From positions 1 to 43,960 of the forward strand of contig JASJBW010000007.1 in assembly GCA_030066315.1 (NCBI GenBank): 43,960 nucleotides of DNA, given 5' to 3'. Under the pieces are notes generated by a model. It was not told the origin of the DNA, ran no database searches, and saw nothing but the letters and a program-made list of their open reading frames with translations. The position numbers were made by a program, and so were the translations under genes. The DNA is from Gammaproteobacteria bacterium (GTDB lineage: Bacteria; Pseudomonadota; Gammaproteobacteria; GCA-001735895). Positions 26,566 through 40,056 of this stretch are shown in pieces (positions within the stretch are counted from its first letter, which is position 1; each line of letters opens with the position of its first letter).

Positions 26566-28512
26566 CTAACGGTTTTCGCGATTCTCAATCAAGTTATCAA
26601 CCACGGAAGGATCTGCCAATGTAGAAGTATCACCCAGACCATCAATCTCATTAGCGGCAATCTTACGCAGAATTCGGCGCATGATCTTGCCTGAACGAGT
26701 CTTCGGCAAGCCGGGAGCCCACTGAATAATATTAACCTTGGCTATAGGGCCAATTTCGCTGCGCACCAGTTTTACCAACTCGGTTTTAAGCTCATCAGTG
26801 CCCTCAACACCCGCCATTGGGGTAACATAGGCATAAATGCCTTGACCGGTTAGGTCATGTGGATAGCCGACGACTGCAGCCTCGGCGATACTGTCATGCA
26901 GTACTAGCGCGGATTCTATTTCAGCAGTGCCTAGACGATGTCCTGAGACGTTGAGTACATCATCAACCCGCCCGGTAATCCAGTAATGACCCTCTTTATC
27001 ACGACGAGCACCGTCACCGGTGAAGTAATAACCCTTGAACATTGCAAAGTAGGTTTCGTAAAAACGCTTGTGGTCACCATAAACGGTGCGCATCATTGAA
27101 GGCCACGGATGTTTAATGGCAAGGTTACCCTCAGCTGGGTTGCCCTCAATTTCATTACCCTGGTCATCTAGCAATACCGGTTGAACACCAAAGAAAGGTT
27201 GCATTGCAGAACCTGGTTTCAGTGGCGTGGCTCCCGGCAGTGGAGTCAGCATATGCGCCCCTGTTTCGGTCTGCCACCAGGTGTCTACTATAGGGCAACG
27301 CCCATCTCCAACAACATGGTAATACCATTCCCAGGCTTCCGGGTTGATGGGTTCACCCACGGTGCCCAGTAAGCGTAACGCACTACGCTGCGTCTTTTTA
27401 ACAGGCTCATCACCTGCTCCCATCAGCGAACGAATAGCTGTCGGGGCGGTGTAAAAAGTAGCAACATTGTGCTTGTCACAGACTTGCCAGAAACGTGAGA
27501 TATCAGGATAAGTCGGGATACCTTCGAACATTAGGGTGGTAGCACCGTTAGCCAACGGGCCGTAGACGATGTATGAATGACCGGTTACCCAGCCTACATC
27601 CGCGGTACACCAGTACACTTCACCATCCTTGTAGTCAAACACCATTTTATGGGTCATAGCAGACTGCAGTAAGTAACCTCCGGTCGTATGCAATACACCC
27701 TTGGGTTTCCCGGTGGAACCGGAAGTATACAAAATAAATAGGGGGTCATCGGCATCCATGGCTTCAGGTGGGCAATCTGCGGATGCTTCCGCCATAGCTT
27801 CGTGATACCAAACATCGATCTTGTCATTCCATGAAACCGGTTCTCCACCTCGTCGCACTACAACACAAGTATGTACCTGAGGACATGATGCAATGGCCGT
27901 ATCAGCGTTACCCTTGAGGGGGACTTTTTTGCCACCCCGCATAGACTGGTCAGAAGTGATGACCACCTTACAATCAGAATCATTGATTCGATCTTTTAGC
28001 GCATCCGGAGAAAAACCGCCAAAAACTATAGAATGAATGGCGCCGATACGAGTACAGGCAAGCATGGCAACGGCGGCTTCAGGAATCATGGGTAGGTATA
28101 ACGAAACACGGTCACCCTTGCTCACACCACGCGTTTTCAGCACGTTGGCGAATTTAGAGACTTCTTCATGCAATTCACGATAAGTTATCTTCCGATCTTC
28201 ATTCGGATCGTCGCCCTCCCAGATGATAGCAACCTGATCTCCACGGGTTTCAAGATGACGATCCAAACAATTGGCGGAAACATTCAATGTTGCGCCCTTG
28301 AACCAATTGATGTGTAAGTCATCTTCATCGAATGACCAATCGAGTACCTTGTCCCACTTTTTCATAAAGGTCAGATACTGGTCTGCCTGTTCAGCCCAAA
28401 ACGTTTCAGGATCGTCCACTGATTGACGATACATTTGTTGATATTGTTCTTGGTTAACGTTGGCCTGCGCAGCAAAGGCTTCAGGCACGGGATATACGTG
28501 CTCTTCTGACAT
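26566..28512 (-). CDS. acs: Acetyl-CoA synthetase
   Basis: [39 protein letters not shown] and GDTSTLADP motifs. Start placed at ATG 28512 after a GGAGG RBS. Confidence 0.97.
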   Translation of the reverse strand: MSEEHVYPVPEAFAAQANVNQEQYQQMYRQSVDDPETFWAEQADQYLTFMKKWDKVLDWSFDEDDLHINWFKGATLNVSANCLDRHLETRGDQVAIIWEGDDPNEDRKITYRELHEEVSKFANVLKTRGVSKGDRVSLYLPMIPEAAVAMLACTRIGAIHSIVFGGFSPDALKDRINDSDCKVVITSDQSMRGGKKVPLKGNADTAIASCPQVHTCVVVRRGGEPVSWNDKIDVWYHEAMAEASADCPPEAMDADDPLFILYTSGSTGKPKGVLHTTGGYLLQSAMTHKMVFDYKDGEVYWCTADVGWVTGHSYIVYGPLANGATTLMFEGIPTYPDISRFWQVCDKHNVATFYTAPTAIRSLMGAGDEPVKKTQRSALRLLGTVGEPINPEAWEWYYHVVGDGRCPIVDTWWQTETGAHMLTPLPGATPLKPGSAMQPFFGVQPVLLDDQGNEIEGNPAEGNLAIKHPWPSMMRTVYGDHKRFYETYFAMFKGYYFTGDGARRDKEGHYWITGRVDDVLNVSGHRLGTAEIESALVLHDSIAEAAVVGYPHDLTGQGIYAYVTPMAGVEGTDELKTELVKLVRSEIGPIAKVNIIQWAPGLPKTRSGKIMRRILRKIAANEIDGLGDTSTLADPSVVDNLIENRENR

Positions 28513-28867
28513 GAGGATGTCCTCCAGATAAATTATTTTTACAGTACCCATTCAAACATAGCCGTATAGGTCTGAATGGCACTATTTTATTAAACTATGG
28601 TTTCATCTTAACCGAGCTGTATGAGTGCCAACAGCTCGAGATGAGTTTACTACGATTTGTAATATCAATATTAAATATTTAGTTTCTTTTTTTGCCTCAA
28701 TTGACCCCTGACTGCATGACTCAAAGAGCACGATTGTCTGCGATGAGGATACAGCAGGCTATCTGACTCTTAAAAAGAATAATGTTATGATAACGAATCT
28801 GCAGTATGCTGCAATGCAAAATAAAAGCCTGATAAAGGACTGCTTAATTTCCCGAGTTTAGATACGA

Positions 28868-29134
28868 ATGGATGAATTACAGCCATTAATTATCGCGAGT
28901 GCTCAACTGATGCTGATCGGTATGGGTACCGTATTTATTATCCTGACCATGTTGATTTTTTTAATCGGCCTGGTGAGTAAATTATTACCCGCCGAGGAGT
29001 ATCAGCCGGTTACTACCCGCACCCCGGTATCAACAGCTGCCTCCACGACGGCTGCGACTGAACAGGATGCGGAACTGGTTGCGGTCATCAGTGCCGCTAT
29101 CAAACTTTATAAAAAAAGGCACAAAAGTTTCTGA
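28868..29134 (+). CDS. oadG: Oxaloacetate decarboxylase gamma subunit
   Basis: Single TM helix with GMGTVF, Thr/Ala/Pro linker and AVISAAI; precedes oadA. Confidence 0.9.
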   Translation: MDELQPLIIASAQLMLIGMGTVFIILTMLIFLIGLVSKLLPAEEYQPVTTRTPVSTAASTTAATEQDAELVAVISAAIKLYKKRHKSF

Positions 29135-29170
29135 CTTGCATTCTTCCGTCTTTAATTACGAGTAACGTTT

Positions 29171-30952
29171 ATGAGCAAAGCAATAAAAATAACCGACAAC
29201 GTTTTACGTGATGGCCATCAATCCCTGTTCGCTACGCGCATGCGGATCGACGACATGTTACCCATTGCAGAAAAACTCGATCAAATCGGTTTCTGGTCAC
29301 TGGAAACCTGGGGCGGTGCCACATTTGATGCGTGCATTCGCTTCCTGGGTGAAGACCCGTGGGAGCGTTTGCGTCAATTGAAAGCGGCGATGCCTAATAC
29401 ACCCCAGCAAATGTTGTTACGCGGTCAGAATGGATTGGGCTATCGTCATTATGCGGATGATGTTATCGAAAAATTCGTAGAACGATGTGCAGCCAACGGC
29501 ATGGACGTATTCCGTATCTTTGATGCGATGAATGATATGCGCAATTTAGAGACTGCGGTTAAAGCGACCATTGCCAACGAACGGCATGCCCAGGGTACCA
29601 TCTCCTATACGCTCAGTCCCGTTCATACCCTGGATAAATGGCTGGATATGGCGAAAAAAATTGAGGACATGGGCTGCCATTCCCTCTGTATTAAGGATAT
29701 GGCCGGATTACTCAAGCCTTATGCGGCCTATGAATTGATCACTGAAATCAAGAAAACCGTCGACCTGCCCATAGCCGTACATTCACATGCAACCACCGGT
29801 TTATCTACGGCAACCTTGTTTAAATCCGTTGAAGCGGGTTGTGATGTCATTGACACCTCTATTTCTAGCATGAGTATGACCTACGGCCATTCTCCTACCG
29901 AATCACTGGTCGCGATGTTCCAGGATACCGAGTACGACAGTGGCTTGAATATTGAAGATCTCGAGGAAATTGCGGCTTACTTTCGTGAAGTACGAAAGAA
30001 ATATGCCCAATTTGAAGGGGCATTAAAAGGTATAGATTCTCGTATCCTGGTCGCCCAGGTTCCTGGTGGTATGCTGACTAATTTGGAAGGCCAACTGAAG
30101 GAACAAGGTGCCGCGGATCGCCTCGATGAAGTGTTGGAGGAAATTCCTCGCGTTCGTGAAGATCTCGGTTTCATTCCATTGGTCACACCCACCTCTCAGA
30201 TCGTAGGTACTCAGGCAGTGATTAACGTCCTCTCCGGTGAGCGTTATAAAACCATCACCAAGGAAACCGCGGGGGTCTTAAAAGGTGAATACGGTGCTAC
30301 TGCAGCTCCAGTTAATGAAGCATTGCAGAAACGCGTATTAGAAGAAGGTGGTGAAGTCATTACCTGTCGACCGGCAGATAAGATTGACGCAGAAATGGAT
30401 AAACTCACCGAAGAATTTCTGCAGCTTGCGCAGGATGAGCACATCGAAGTAGCCGATCATCAGATTGATGATGTCTTGATTTATGCCCAATTTCCCCAGG
30501 TTGGACTTCATTTTCTCAAAAACCGACATAATCCGGATGCATTTGAACCTGAACCCGGGACCGAGGCCGAACCGGTCGCAACTGCTGCAGCGACCACCCC
30601 GTCGACGGGCCCGGAACAATTTCAGGTCACTGTCAATGGTAAGCAGTACGATGTTATCGTCTCCGCAGGCGGGGAAATAACACAAATCTCCGAGGGCACT
30701 TCCAGCACCCCAGCCCCGGCGGCAGCGGCAACCCATGCTGAACATGAGGTTTATGCACCCATGGCGGGATCCGTTTTAGATATCTTGGTTAATCCGGGTG
30801 ATGCCGTGGAAGACAATCAATTGGTGATGATTATTGAAGCCATGAAGATGGAAACCGAGATTCGTGCCAACCAGGGGGGTACCGTTAAATCCATACATAT
30901 TAAGAAGGGTGATGCCATCCAGGTTAATCAACCTCTGATTACGCTGACCTAG
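29171..30952 (+). CDS. oadA: Na+-translocating oxaloacetate decarboxylase alpha subunit
   Basis: LRDGHQS, WGGATFD, IKDMAG, HSH and QVPGGM carboxyltransferase motifs; C-terminal biotinyl domain with EAMKM. Confidence 0.95.
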   Translation: MSKAIKITDNVLRDGHQSLFATRMRIDDMLPIAEKLDQIGFWSLETWGGATFDACIRFLGEDPWERLRQLKAAMPNTPQQMLLRGQNGLGYRHYADDVIEKFVERCAANGMDVFRIFDAMNDMRNLETAVKATIANERHAQGTISYTLSPVHTLDKWLDMAKKIEDMGCHSLCIKDMAGLLKPYAAYELITEIKKTVDLPIAVHSHATTGLSTATLFKSVEAGCDVIDTSISSMSMTYGHSPTESLVAMFQDTEYDSGLNIEDLEEIAAYFREVRKKYAQFEGALKGIDSRILVAQVPGGMLTNLEGQLKEQGAADRLDEVLEEIPRVREDLGFIPLVTPTSQIVGTQAVINVLSGERYKTITKETAGVLKGEYGATAAPVNEALQKRVLEEGGEVITCRPADKIDAEMDKLTEEFLQLAQDEHIEVADHQIDDVLIYAQFPQVGLHFLKNRHNPDAFEPEPGTEAEPVATAAATTPSTGPEQFQVTVNGKQYDVIVSAGGEITQISEGTSSTPAPAAAATHAEHEVYAPMAGSVLDILVNPGDAVEDNQLVMIIEAMKMETEIRANQGGTVKSIHIKKGDAIQVNQPLITLT

Positions 30953-30962
30953 GATCAACTCC

Positions 30963-32102
30963 ATGGATAATGGCATTACCCAGCTATGGGAGTCCACCGG
31001 ACTGTTTAACTTTGAGTTTGGCCAACTGGTTATGATTGCCGTTGGTTGCCTGCTTATATTCCTGGCCATCAAAAAACGTTTTGAACCCCTGCTTTTAATC
31101 CCGATTGGTTTTGGCGGGATTCTCGCTAACATCCCAATTGCAGAAATCAGCGGACCCGAAGGCCTACTGGGTATCCTGTATAACATGGGCATCGAAACAG
31201 GTATCTTCCCATTACTCATTTTCATGGGTGTGGGCGCCATGACCGATTTTGGACCTCTGTTAGCCCGCCCCAGTTTGATGATACTGGGTGCAGCCGCACA
31301 ATTTGGTATTTTTGTTACCCTGTTTGGGGCAATCCTGATGAATTTCGTCCCTGGCATCGAGTTCAGTCTGGCTGACGCTTCTGCCATAGCCATTATTGGG
31401 GGAGCCGATGGTCCCACGGCGATCTTCCTGGCATCTCGCCTGGCGCCCGACTTATTGGGAGCCATTGCTGTGTCGGCCTACTCCTACATGGCCTTGGTAC
31501 CATTGATTCAACCACCCATCATGAAGCTGCTGACCAGTGAAAAGGAAAGAACAACCACCATGAAGCAATTGCGTCATGTTTCCAAGGCAGAAAAAATTCT
31601 GTTCCCACTGATTCTGTTATTTGTCACTATCCTGTTGCTTCCCGCGGCAACACCCCTGGTGGGTATGTTGTGTTTTGGCAACCTGCTCAAAGAATCCGGT
31701 GTCGTGGAACGATTGAGTAACACCGCACAAAATGAATTGATCAACATCGTGACAATTTTCCTGGGCCTTTCGGTTGGTTCAAAATTATCCGCGGATAAAT
31801 TTCTTACCGGTGAAACCCTCGGCATCCTGACCCTGGGTATCTTCGCCTTCTCTATTGGCACCGCAGCCGGTGTCATCATGGGCAAAATCATGTATCGGGT
31901 GACTAAAGGTGAAGTCAATCCTTTAATTGGCGCAGCCGGTGTATCTGCGGTCCCCATGGCAGCACGGGTGGCTAACAAAGTGGGCATGGAAGCCAATCCT
32001 CAAAACTTCCTGTTGATGCATGCGATGGGCCCTAATGTGGCAGGCGTTATTGGCTCGGCCGTTGCTGCAGGCGTTCTGCTCGCAATCGTCGGTTCACCCT
32101 GA
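30963..32102 (+). CDS. oadB: Na+-translocating decarboxylase beta subunit
   Basis: [38 protein letters not shown] and HAMGPNVAG motifs. Confidence 0.96.
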   Translation: MDNGITQLWESTGLFNFEFGQLVMIAVGCLLIFLAIKKRFEPLLLIPIGFGGILANIPIAEISGPEGLLGILYNMGIETGIFPLLIFMGVGAMTDFGPLLARPSLMILGAAAQFGIFVTLFGAILMNFVPGIEFSLADASAIAIIGGADGPTAIFLASRLAPDLLGAIAVSAYSYMALVPLIQPPIMKLLTSEKERTTTMKQLRHVSKAEKILFPLILLFVTILLLPAATPLVGMLCFGNLLKESGVVERLSNTAQNELINIVTIFLGLSVGSKLSADKFLTGETLGILTLGIFAFSIGTAAGVIMGKIMYRVTKGEVNPLIGAAGVSAVPMAARVANKVGMEANPQNFLLMHAMGPNVAGVIGSAVAAGVLLAIVGSP

Positions 32103-32105
32103 TCG

Positions 32106-33248
32106 TTACTTAAAGTTTAGTTGTCCTTGATGACAACGCAGGCTTAAACCACCCTCGAGGAATTCCAATAGGTGCTGACCCAGCATTTCATAACGCCATC
32201 CAGAACATAACTTATTATCTCTTTTGCCCAGGATGAGCTGATCCAACTCCTTCTTGGTTGCAACGGATGCCAATGCGATTTCGTTTTGTTCACTGACGAG
32301 GCGACATAATGCCATCAAGCAATCCGCTATCGCCTGTTGCTGATTATTGAGTTGTTTAAAATCAGTCTGTTTGGGATACTGATCCGGCCTCATTTGTGCT
32401 GCCTGAGACAGGACTTGAAGAATGGCGTTTCCATTCTTTTTAACATACTCGGCACTCAGATTACCGATCTGGGCTAACTCCTCATGATTACCCGGTTTAA
32501 ATCGAGCAATATCAACGATATCTTCATCTTTAATAATCCAGCGCCTGGGCCGGTTTTTTTGGATAGCTAATTGTTCTCTCCAACGACACAGCTGATCAGC
32601 ATTATTCAATGCAGCACCCTTGAGTCGCTGCACACCTTTCAGTCGCTTCCATAAACTGGAAAAATCCACCTGATAGGCATCCGGTTTGGATAGTTTTTCC
32701 AGGTCCGCTTGAATCCATTCTAGCCGTCCTTTTTCTTGTAGTTGGGAGTGCAACTGTTGATAAATTTCGATCAGATAACGAACATCATCCATTGCATAAT
32801 CGAGTTCTCCTTTTGAGAGCGGTCTGCGACTCCAGTTGGCCCGGGTATATTTTTTTTCCAATTGAACAGAACACACCCGCTTGACCAAATCCGCGTAACC
32901 AATCTGGTTTGCATAACCGAGTACCGCGGCTGCCAGCTGGGTGTCAAATATCGGCTGGGGTAAGGCATTCAATTGCTGGTAAAACAATTCAAGATCCTGC
33001 CCGGGTGAATGCAGTATTTTTACCATCGATGGAACGTTAAAAATCTCAACTAAAGGCGTAAAGTCATCAATTGCCAATGGATCAATACAGGCCTGTCGAG
33101 TTTCAGTGGCCAGTTGAATAAGAGACAATACCGGATAATAGGTTTTTTCACGCACAAACTCGGTATCCAGAGCACAAAATCGGCAATCCCTGATCTGTTC
33201 ACAAAAAATTTTCAGGGATTCATTCGTATCGATATACAAGTAATTCAA
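32106..33248 (-). CDS. rnd: Ribonuclease D
   Basis: ALDTEFVREKTYYP, FDTQLAA, WSRRPLS and YAMDDV exonuclease motifs; HRDC-like region; C-terminal GWR. Confidence 0.95.
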   Translation of the reverse strand: MNYLYIDTNESLKIFCEQIRDCRFCALDTEFVREKTYYPVLSLIQLATETRQACIDPLAIDDFTPLVEIFNVPSMVKILHSPGQDLELFYQQLNALPQPIFDTQLAAAVLGYANQIGYADLVKRVCSVQLEKKYTRANWSRRPLSKGELDYAMDDVRYLIEIYQQLHSQLQEKGRLEWIQADLEKLSKPDAYQVDFSSLWKRLKGVQRLKGAALNNADQLCRWREQLAIQKNRPRRWIIKDEDIVDIARFKPGNHEELAQIGNLSAEYVKKNGNAILQVLSQAAQMRPDQYPKQTDFKQLNNQQQAIADCLMALCRLVSEQNEIALASVATKKELDQLILGKRDNKLCSGWRYEMLGQHLLEFLEGGLSLRCHQGQLNFK

Positions 33249-33258
33249 ATTAATATCT

Positions 33259-33738
33259 CTAACTCAGTTGCGCCTTACGGCGTATGTCACGTAATGCAAT
33301 AAATACCCAGGGCCAGATGGCCATTCCGACTAATGGTGCGCCAAAATAGGCCATCACTGGAGGTTCACGCTGCATCATTCCTTCAATCCAGACGACCGTG
33401 AGTTGATTTATCAATAACAACAAAAAGACGTACAGTGATTGGTGTACCAACGGCATGACGCGAATGCGTAAGTGAAAATTCAAATTGATAAAAACAATAA
33501 TCGTCAGCGCCAGGCTATGCTGCCCGAGAAGCGTTCCCAAAGTGACATCTACAAATAAACCGCTGATAAAGGCCACCCATAAACCGACTCGCTGAGGCAT
33601 GGCCATACTCCAGTAAATCAGTACTAATGCAATCCAGTCAGGACGATAAATCTCTGTCCATTCAGGGAGTGGTATCATCATTAATACCAGGCCAAGCACA
33701 AGGCTTAACGGAATAACCAGAAAATTTAATCCTATCAT
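33259..33738 (-). CDS. mreD: Rod shape-determining protein MreD
   Basis: RPDW..LVLIYW, LGQHSL and WPWVF motifs; hydrophobic; follows mreC. Confidence 0.94.
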   Translation of the reverse strand: MIGLNFLVIPLSLVLGLVLMMIPLPEWTEIYRPDWIALVLIYWSMAMPQRVGLWVAFISGLFVDVTLGTLLGQHSLALTIIVFINLNFHLRIRVMPLVHQSLYVFLLLLINQLTVVWIEGMMQREPPVMAYFGAPLVGMAIWPWVFIALRDIRRKAQLS

Positions 33739-34628
33739 TGCTCAGAAGCGGACTCAGGAGCCTGGGCAGGAGCGGTTTCTTCTTCGGGCTTCGCCTCTAA
33801 TACAGGCTCGGTATAGGGTTTGATGACCAGAACTTCACGACTACTGTCCAGCCGCGCTTTCGGACGAGCACGTGCAGATATGAAACCATGAGTTTTATCA
33901 TGAGTAATTTCGGCAATCGCCGCGACGGGATAATCTGCGGGAAAACGACCCCCCAGGCCCGATGTAACCAATTCATCACCGATTTTGATATTGGCCGTGG
34001 CAGACAGGAAACGAATCTCTAATTCATCTGTATTGCCGTTACCAAAAGCAACGGTACGTAATCCACTACGAATGAATTGGACGGGTATGGCATGCTCAGG
34101 ATCTGAAATCAACATCACCGTGGAGGAATTGGGAGTCACATGGATCACCTGACCCATGACACCATAATCATCGATAACGGCCTGACCATCATAGAGACCA
34201 TCCAGAGAACCTTTATTGAGTTCTATCAGCTGTCGGTAAGGATTCTGGTCCACCGATAACAATTCCGCAACAATAACCTCGTCAGCCACTTTACGCGAGG
34301 AACCCAGCAGATTGCGTAACCGGGTATTTTCTGCCAGTAAGACTTCCATTTTCTGTAACCGGGCATTAAGAATTCGTTGATCATTGGTCAACTGGCGATT
34401 TTCATCAACCAGGCGATTATGAGTTCGAAACCATTCGGAAATCCAAGTACCTGACTGGGCGGGCAAACTCACCAGATAACGTAACGGTGAAATCAGAACA
34501 GAGATACCCGCACGCACACTCTCAAGATGTGAAAAGCGTTGGTCAACGTACATGAGGGATATACTGAATACGATCAAAAACAGGACTGGAATTACATTAC
34601 CACGCGCCTGCTGGAAAATGTTCTGCAT
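33735..34628 (-). CDS. mreC: Rod shape-determining protein MreC
   Basis: N-terminal TM, coiled coil ENTRLRNLL and TSGLGGRFPADYPVA. Confidence 0.95.
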   Translation of the reverse strand: MQNIFQQARGNVIPVLFLIVFSISLMYVDQRFSHLESVRAGISVLISPLRYLVSLPAQSGTWISEWFRTHNRLVDENRQLTNDQRILNARLQKMEVLLAENTRLRNLLGSSRKVADEVIVAELLSVDQNPYRQLIELNKGSLDGLYDGQAVIDDYGVMGQVIHVTPNSSTVMLISDPEHAIPVQFIRSGLRTVAFGNGNTDELEIRFLSATANIKIGDELVTSGLGGRFPADYPVAAIAEITHDKTHGFISARARPKARLDSSREVLVIKPYTEPVLEAKPEEETAPAQAPESASEQ

Positions 34629-34711
34629 GTATTCGTCCGCTTAACTACCACAAATGAATACAGAGTATAGCGCGCCTGCCACAGGCTGCTTAGGGAGCAG
34701 GCCGGCAAAGA

Positions 34712-35767
<1,056 letters not shown>

Positions 35768-35825
35768 TTAACCTGTTTTTTATGATTGTGGGCTGTTCGC
35801 AAGCCACTTCTGATGTGATGCGCGT

Positions 35826-35854
35826 ACTCTAGCAACGGGCAAGCCTCAGAGCAA
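35826..35854 (-). promoter_or_regulatory. Candidate sigma70 promoter for mreBCD
   Basis: Minus strand reads TTGCTC, 17 nt spacer, TAGAGT, about 70 nt upstream of mreB in the mreB/gatC divergent gap. Confidence 0.5.
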
Positions 35855-35965
35855 GGTAGAAATGCCTTATTTTGCTTATCCCGAGGTGCTTTATATGTTA
35901 ACTTTGCGAGCTTTTAAAAATTCGGCGGCATTGTAGCGCCAAACCTTGATAAAAGAACCCCTGTT

Positions 35966-36253
35966 ATGACATTAAAAAGAGAAGATGTTAAAAATATCGC
36001 ACATCTGGCGAGGTTGAATATCGATGAAGGTGCGGTGGATCGTTATGCCGCCGATTTATCCAGAATTCTCGAACTGGTTGATCAAATGAACCAGGTTAAT
36101 ACCGACGATGTGATGCCCATGGCGCACCCCATGGATGCCTCTCAACGACTCCGTGCGGATGAAGTCAGTGAGTCCAATCAACGCGATAAATTCCAGGCTA
36201 TCGCACCGGATGTTGAAATTGGGCTGTACCGAGTTCCGAAAGTCATCGAATGA
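35966..36253 (+). CDS. gatC: Asp-tRNA(Asn)/Glu-tRNA(Gln) amidotransferase subunit C
   Basis: IAHLARL, PMAHP, LRAD and VPKVIE motifs. Confidence 0.96.
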   Translation: MTLKREDVKNIAHLARLNIDEGAVDRYAADLSRILELVDQMNQVNTDDVMPMAHPMDASQRLRADEVSESNQRDKFQAIAPDVEIGLYRVPKVIE

Positions 36254-36266
36254 TCAGGAGGTCGGC

Positions 36267-37721
36267 ATGACTATTAAAACCGTAAAAGACCTACAAATGG
36301 GTCTGGCAGAAGGCCAGTTTTCCAGTGTTGAAATCACCCGGGAATATCTGGATAAAATTAAACAGGTTAATCCTCAACTGAATGCCTTTATTCATACGAC
36401 TGAAGATCAAGCACTGACGCAGGCCGAGGATGCGGACAATCTGATTGCCAAGGGCAAGAGCCAACCCTTGACTGGTATTCCCATGGCACACAAGGATATT
36501 TTTTGTACTGACGGGATTGCGACCACCTGCGGATCCCGCATGTTGCAAAATTTTATCGCACCTTACAACGCCACGGTGATCGAAAAATTCAATGCGCAGC
36601 ATGCCGTCATGCTCGGTAAAACCAATATGGATGAATTTGCCATGGGTTCTTCCAATGAAAACAGTTATTTTGGTGCCGCTAAAAATCCATGGGACACTGG
36701 TTGTGTACCCGGGGGCTCATCCGGCGGCTCAGCCGTTGCCGTAGCGGCCAACCTGACACCTGCAGCCACGGGCACCGATACAGGTGGCTCCATTCGTCAG
36801 CCGGCTGCATTTTGTGGCATCACAGGTTTAAAGCCAACCTATGGTCGGGTTTCCCGCTATGGCATGATTGCCTATGCCTCCAGTCTTGACCAGGGTGGCC
36901 CCATGGCTCGTACTGCGGAAGACTGTGCCATTCTCCTGGAAGCCATGGCGGGTTTTGATCGTCGTGATTCCACCTCTATGCAACAAGAGGTCCCCAATTA
37001 CCAGGCGGAACTGAATCATGAGCTGGCTGGATTGAAAATGGGCCTGCCCAAAGAATATTTTGCCGAGGGCCTCAACCCAGAAGTCGCCCGCGGTATTGAT
37101 GAGGCCATTACCGAATATCAAAAACTGGGGGTTGAGGTTAAAGACATCAGTCTCCCCAACAGCAAGATTGCCATCCCCGCCTATTACGTGGTGGCGATGG
37201 CAGAATGCTCCTCCAATCTGTCTCGTTTTGATGGTGTGCGCTTCGGGCATCGGTGTGATAATCCAATCGATCTGGAAGACCTATACAAGCGTTCCCGTGC
37301 TGAGGGGTTTGGTGACGAGGTCAAGCGCCGTATTATGATTGGCGCTTACACCCTGTCGGCCGGTTATTACGATGCCTTTTATTTAAAGGCGCAGAAATTA
37401 CGTCGCCTAATTAGCCAGGATTTCACCCAGGCATTTGATGAAGTGGATTTAATCGCCGGACCGACTACACCTGACGTAGCCTTCAAGATTGGTGATAAAA
37501 CCGATGATCCCGTGAGCATGTACCTTCAGGATATCTATACCATCTCGGTGAACCTGGCAGGACTACCCGCGATCTCGATACCGGCTGGATTTGTGAATAA
37601 TAAACCGGTAGGACTACAGTTGATTGGTAATTATTTTTCCGAAAGCCGCCTATTGAATGCTGCGTACCAATTTCAACAACACACTGACTGGCATCAACAA
37701 TCTGCGGAGGTGCAGGCATGA
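36267..37721 (+). CDS. gatA: Asp-tRNA(Asn)/Glu-tRNA(Gln) amidotransferase subunit A
   Basis: Amidase signature GGSSGGS and [11 protein letters not shown], plus [11 protein letters not shown]. Start placed at ATG 36267 after an AGGAGG RBS. Confidence 0.97.
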   Translation: MTIKTVKDLQMGLAEGQFSSVEITREYLDKIKQVNPQLNAFIHTTEDQALTQAEDADNLIAKGKSQPLTGIPMAHKDIFCTDGIATTCGSRMLQNFIAPYNATVIEKFNAQHAVMLGKTNMDEFAMGSSNENSYFGAAKNPWDTGCVPGGSSGGSAVAVAANLTPAATGTDTGGSIRQPAAFCGITGLKPTYGRVSRYGMIAYASSLDQGGPMARTAEDCAILLEAMAGFDRRDSTSMQQEVPNYQAELNHELAGLKMGLPKEYFAEGLNPEVARGIDEAITEYQKLGVEVKDISLPNSKIAIPAYYVVAMAECSSNLSRFDGVRFGHRCDNPIDLEDLYKRSRAEGFGDEVKRRIMIGAYTLSAGYYDAFYLKAQKLRRLISQDFTQAFDEVDLIAGPTTPDVAFKIGDKTDDPVSMYLQDIYTISVNLAGLPAISIPAGFVNNKPVGLQLIGNYFSESRLLNAAYQFQQHTDWHQQSAEVQA

Positions 37722-39154
37722 AGTGGGAAACCGTAATAGGCCTTGAAATACATGCCCAGCTTGCGACCCACAGCAAGATCTTTTCGGGTGCCTCGACTGC
37801 CTTTGGTGCTGAACCCAACACTCAAGCCTGTGCCGTTGATCTGGGGCTCCCCGGTGTGCTGCCCGTACTCAATTCTGAGGTAGTTAACATGGCGATCAAG
37901 TTTGGGGTTGCCGTGAATGCTCATATTGCGCATGAATCGGTGTTTGCGCGAAAAAATTATTTTTATCCCGATCTGCCCAAGGGCTACCAGATCAGCCAGT
38001 ATGAGTTACCCATCGTTGGAGAAGGTCAAATTACTATCACTCCAGAAGAGGGCATCAGCAAAGTGATTGGTATCACCCGTGCACATCTCGAAGAAGATGC
38101 GGGCAAATCTTTACATGACCAGTTTACCGACCAAACGGGCATAGATCTTAATCGTGCCGGAACCCCTTTACTGGAAATCGTATCGGAACCCGATTTGCGT
38201 TCGGCCAAAGAAGCCGTGGCCTACGCCCGTAAGATTCATTCACTCGTGCAGTTTTTGAATATCTGCGACGGTAATATGCAGGAAGGTTCCTTCCGTTGTG
38301 ATGCCAATGTCTCGGTAAGGCCACAGGGTGAAGAAAAACTGGGAACCCGGGCAGAATTGAAAAATATCAATTCCTTTCGATTTCTGGAGCGTGCAATCAA
38401 TTTCGAGATAGAACGACAAATTGATTTAATCGAGGATGGTGGCGAAGTGGTTCAGGAAACCCGCCTGTATGACGCTGACAAGAATGAAACACGATCCATG
38501 CGCAGCAAGGAAGAAGCGAATGATTACCGTTACTTCCCTGATCCAGACCTGTTGCCAGTGAGAATCAGTGCAGATGATATTCAGCATATCCGCGATACCC
38601 TGCCTGAATTACCGGAACAAAAAAGGCAAAGATATGTCGAGGAATTAAACCTGTCTGAATACAATGCTGATTTACTCAGTGGCAGTCGAGATATTGCCGA
38701 CTATTTTGAAACTGCCTTGGCAGAAGCGCCCGATCTTGCGTCAGTATTGGCCAATTGGATTTTGGGCGACCTTACCGGTGCGCTCAACAAATCTGAGATG
38801 GCGTTTACCGAATCACCCGTTTCACCACAACAATTAGCCGGACTGCTTAAACGCATCTCTGATCATACGATTTCAGGAAAAATCGCCAAGGATGTATTCG
38901 AGGCTATGTGGAATGGTGAGGGCGATGCTGACGACATCATCGAGCGCAAAGGCCTGAAACAAATTACAGATACCGGCGCCATCGAAAAAATGATTGACGA
39001 GGTCATTGCTAATAATCCGGACCAGGTCGAACAATTCCGTGCGGGTAAAGAAAAAGTATTGGGCTTTTTTGTAGGCCAGATTATGAAACAATCGAAGGGT
39101 AAAGCGAATCCAGGGCAGGTAAACCAGCTGTTACGAGATAAACTCAAATCCTGA
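37718..39154 (+). CDS. gatB: Asp-tRNA(Asn)/Glu-tRNA(Gln) amidotransferase subunit B
   Basis: [38 protein letters not shown] and C-terminal Yqey-like domain. Confidence 0.98.
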   Translation: MKWETVIGLEIHAQLATHSKIFSGASTAFGAEPNTQACAVDLGLPGVLPVLNSEVVNMAIKFGVAVNAHIAHESVFARKNYFYPDLPKGYQISQYELPIVGEGQITITPEEGISKVIGITRAHLEEDAGKSLHDQFTDQTGIDLNRAGTPLLEIVSEPDLRSAKEAVAYARKIHSLVQFLNICDGNMQEGSFRCDANVSVRPQGEEKLGTRAELKNINSFRFLERAINFEIERQIDLIEDGGEVVQETRLYDADKNETRSMRSKEEANDYRYFPDPDLLPVRISADDIQHIRDTLPELPEQKRQRYVEELNLSEYNADLLSGSRDIADYFETALAEAPDLASVLANWILGDLTGALNKSEMAFTESPVSPQQLAGLLKRISDHTISGKIAKDVFEAMWNGEGDADDIIERKGLKQITDTGAIEKMIDEVIANNPDQVEQFRAGKEKVLGFFVGQIMKQSKGKANPGQVNQLLRDKLKS

Positions 39155-39172
39155 TAACTACTCGATTAGTCT

Positions 39173-40054
39173 ATGAAAGATCATGACCAGGTAAGTCGTT
39201 TTGTCATCGACAATACCCCTATTCGCGGACAATTAGTCTCACTGGATTCCAGCTGGCAAAAGTGTCTGGAGAACTGCGATGCAGATGAACACGCCCGGAA
39301 CCTGCTGGGACAAGCGTTAGCAGCCGTGTCCTTACTGGCCAGTACCTTGAAGATTAACGGAGATATCACGCTCCAGATAAGGGGGCAGGGTGCCGTTCAT
39401 TTACTGGTAGCCCAGGCCAGCAGTCAACGCACTATACGGGGTCTAGTCCGTCAAAACCGGCCCATTGAAAAGCATAGTACCCGGCTTCAGGATATTTTTG
39501 ATGCGGATAAGATGGTAATCACTATCAACTCCGGCAAGGGTGAGCCTTACCAGGGCATTGTTCCACTGATCGGAAACGATTTACAGGATGCGCTCGAAGC
39601 CTATTTTGAGCACTCTGAACAGCTGCCCACGCATATCTGGCTGACCAGCAACCGAACTTCAGCTTCTGGCCTACTATTACAGAGACTACCCGATGATCAG
39701 GAATATAGTGACGAAGACAGCTGGAATCGGGTGACTCAGCTGGCCTCGACCATAACACCCCAGGAATTGATCGAGCTTACTAAGAAAGAAATTCTTTTTC
39801 GTTTGTTTCATGAAGAATCGGTGCGAATATTTGACATGGAGCCGATTCATTTTGCTTGCAGTTGCTCAAAGTCACGTATCGTTAACATGATACGTTCACT
39901 CGGTCAGCAAGAAGCTAATGAAATTCTTCACGAAGAAGGGCTTATTAGTGTCAACTGTGAATTCTGCAATTCACGTCATGACTTTGACCCGATTGATATA
40001 GAACAGATTTTTAACCCATCGGCCGAGGCACCCGGTAGCCTTTCTGTTCATTAA
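39173..40054 (+). CDS. hslO: Redox-regulated chaperone Hsp33
   Basis: YQGIVPL, YFEHSEQLPT and GLLLQ motifs; CxC (CSC) and CxxC (CEFC) zinc centre. Confidence 0.95.
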   Translation: MKDHDQVSRFVIDNTPIRGQLVSLDSSWQKCLENCDADEHARNLLGQALAAVSLLASTLKINGDITLQIRGQGAVHLLVAQASSQRTIRGLVRQNRPIEKHSTRLQDIFDADKMVITINSGKGEPYQGIVPLIGNDLQDALEAYFEHSEQLPTHIWLTSNRTSASGLLLQRLPDDQEYSDEDSWNRVTQLASTITPQELIELTKKEILFRLFHEESVRIFDMEPIHFACSCSKSRIVNMIRSLGQQEANEILHEEGLISVNCEFCNSRHDFDPIDIEQIFNPSAEAPGSLSVH

Positions 40055-40056
40055 TT

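Noticed and set aside
30776-31996. Antisense ORFs over oadA and oadB (229 aa and 140 aa)
   Set aside because: Typical antisense shadows of hydrophobic membrane-protein genes.
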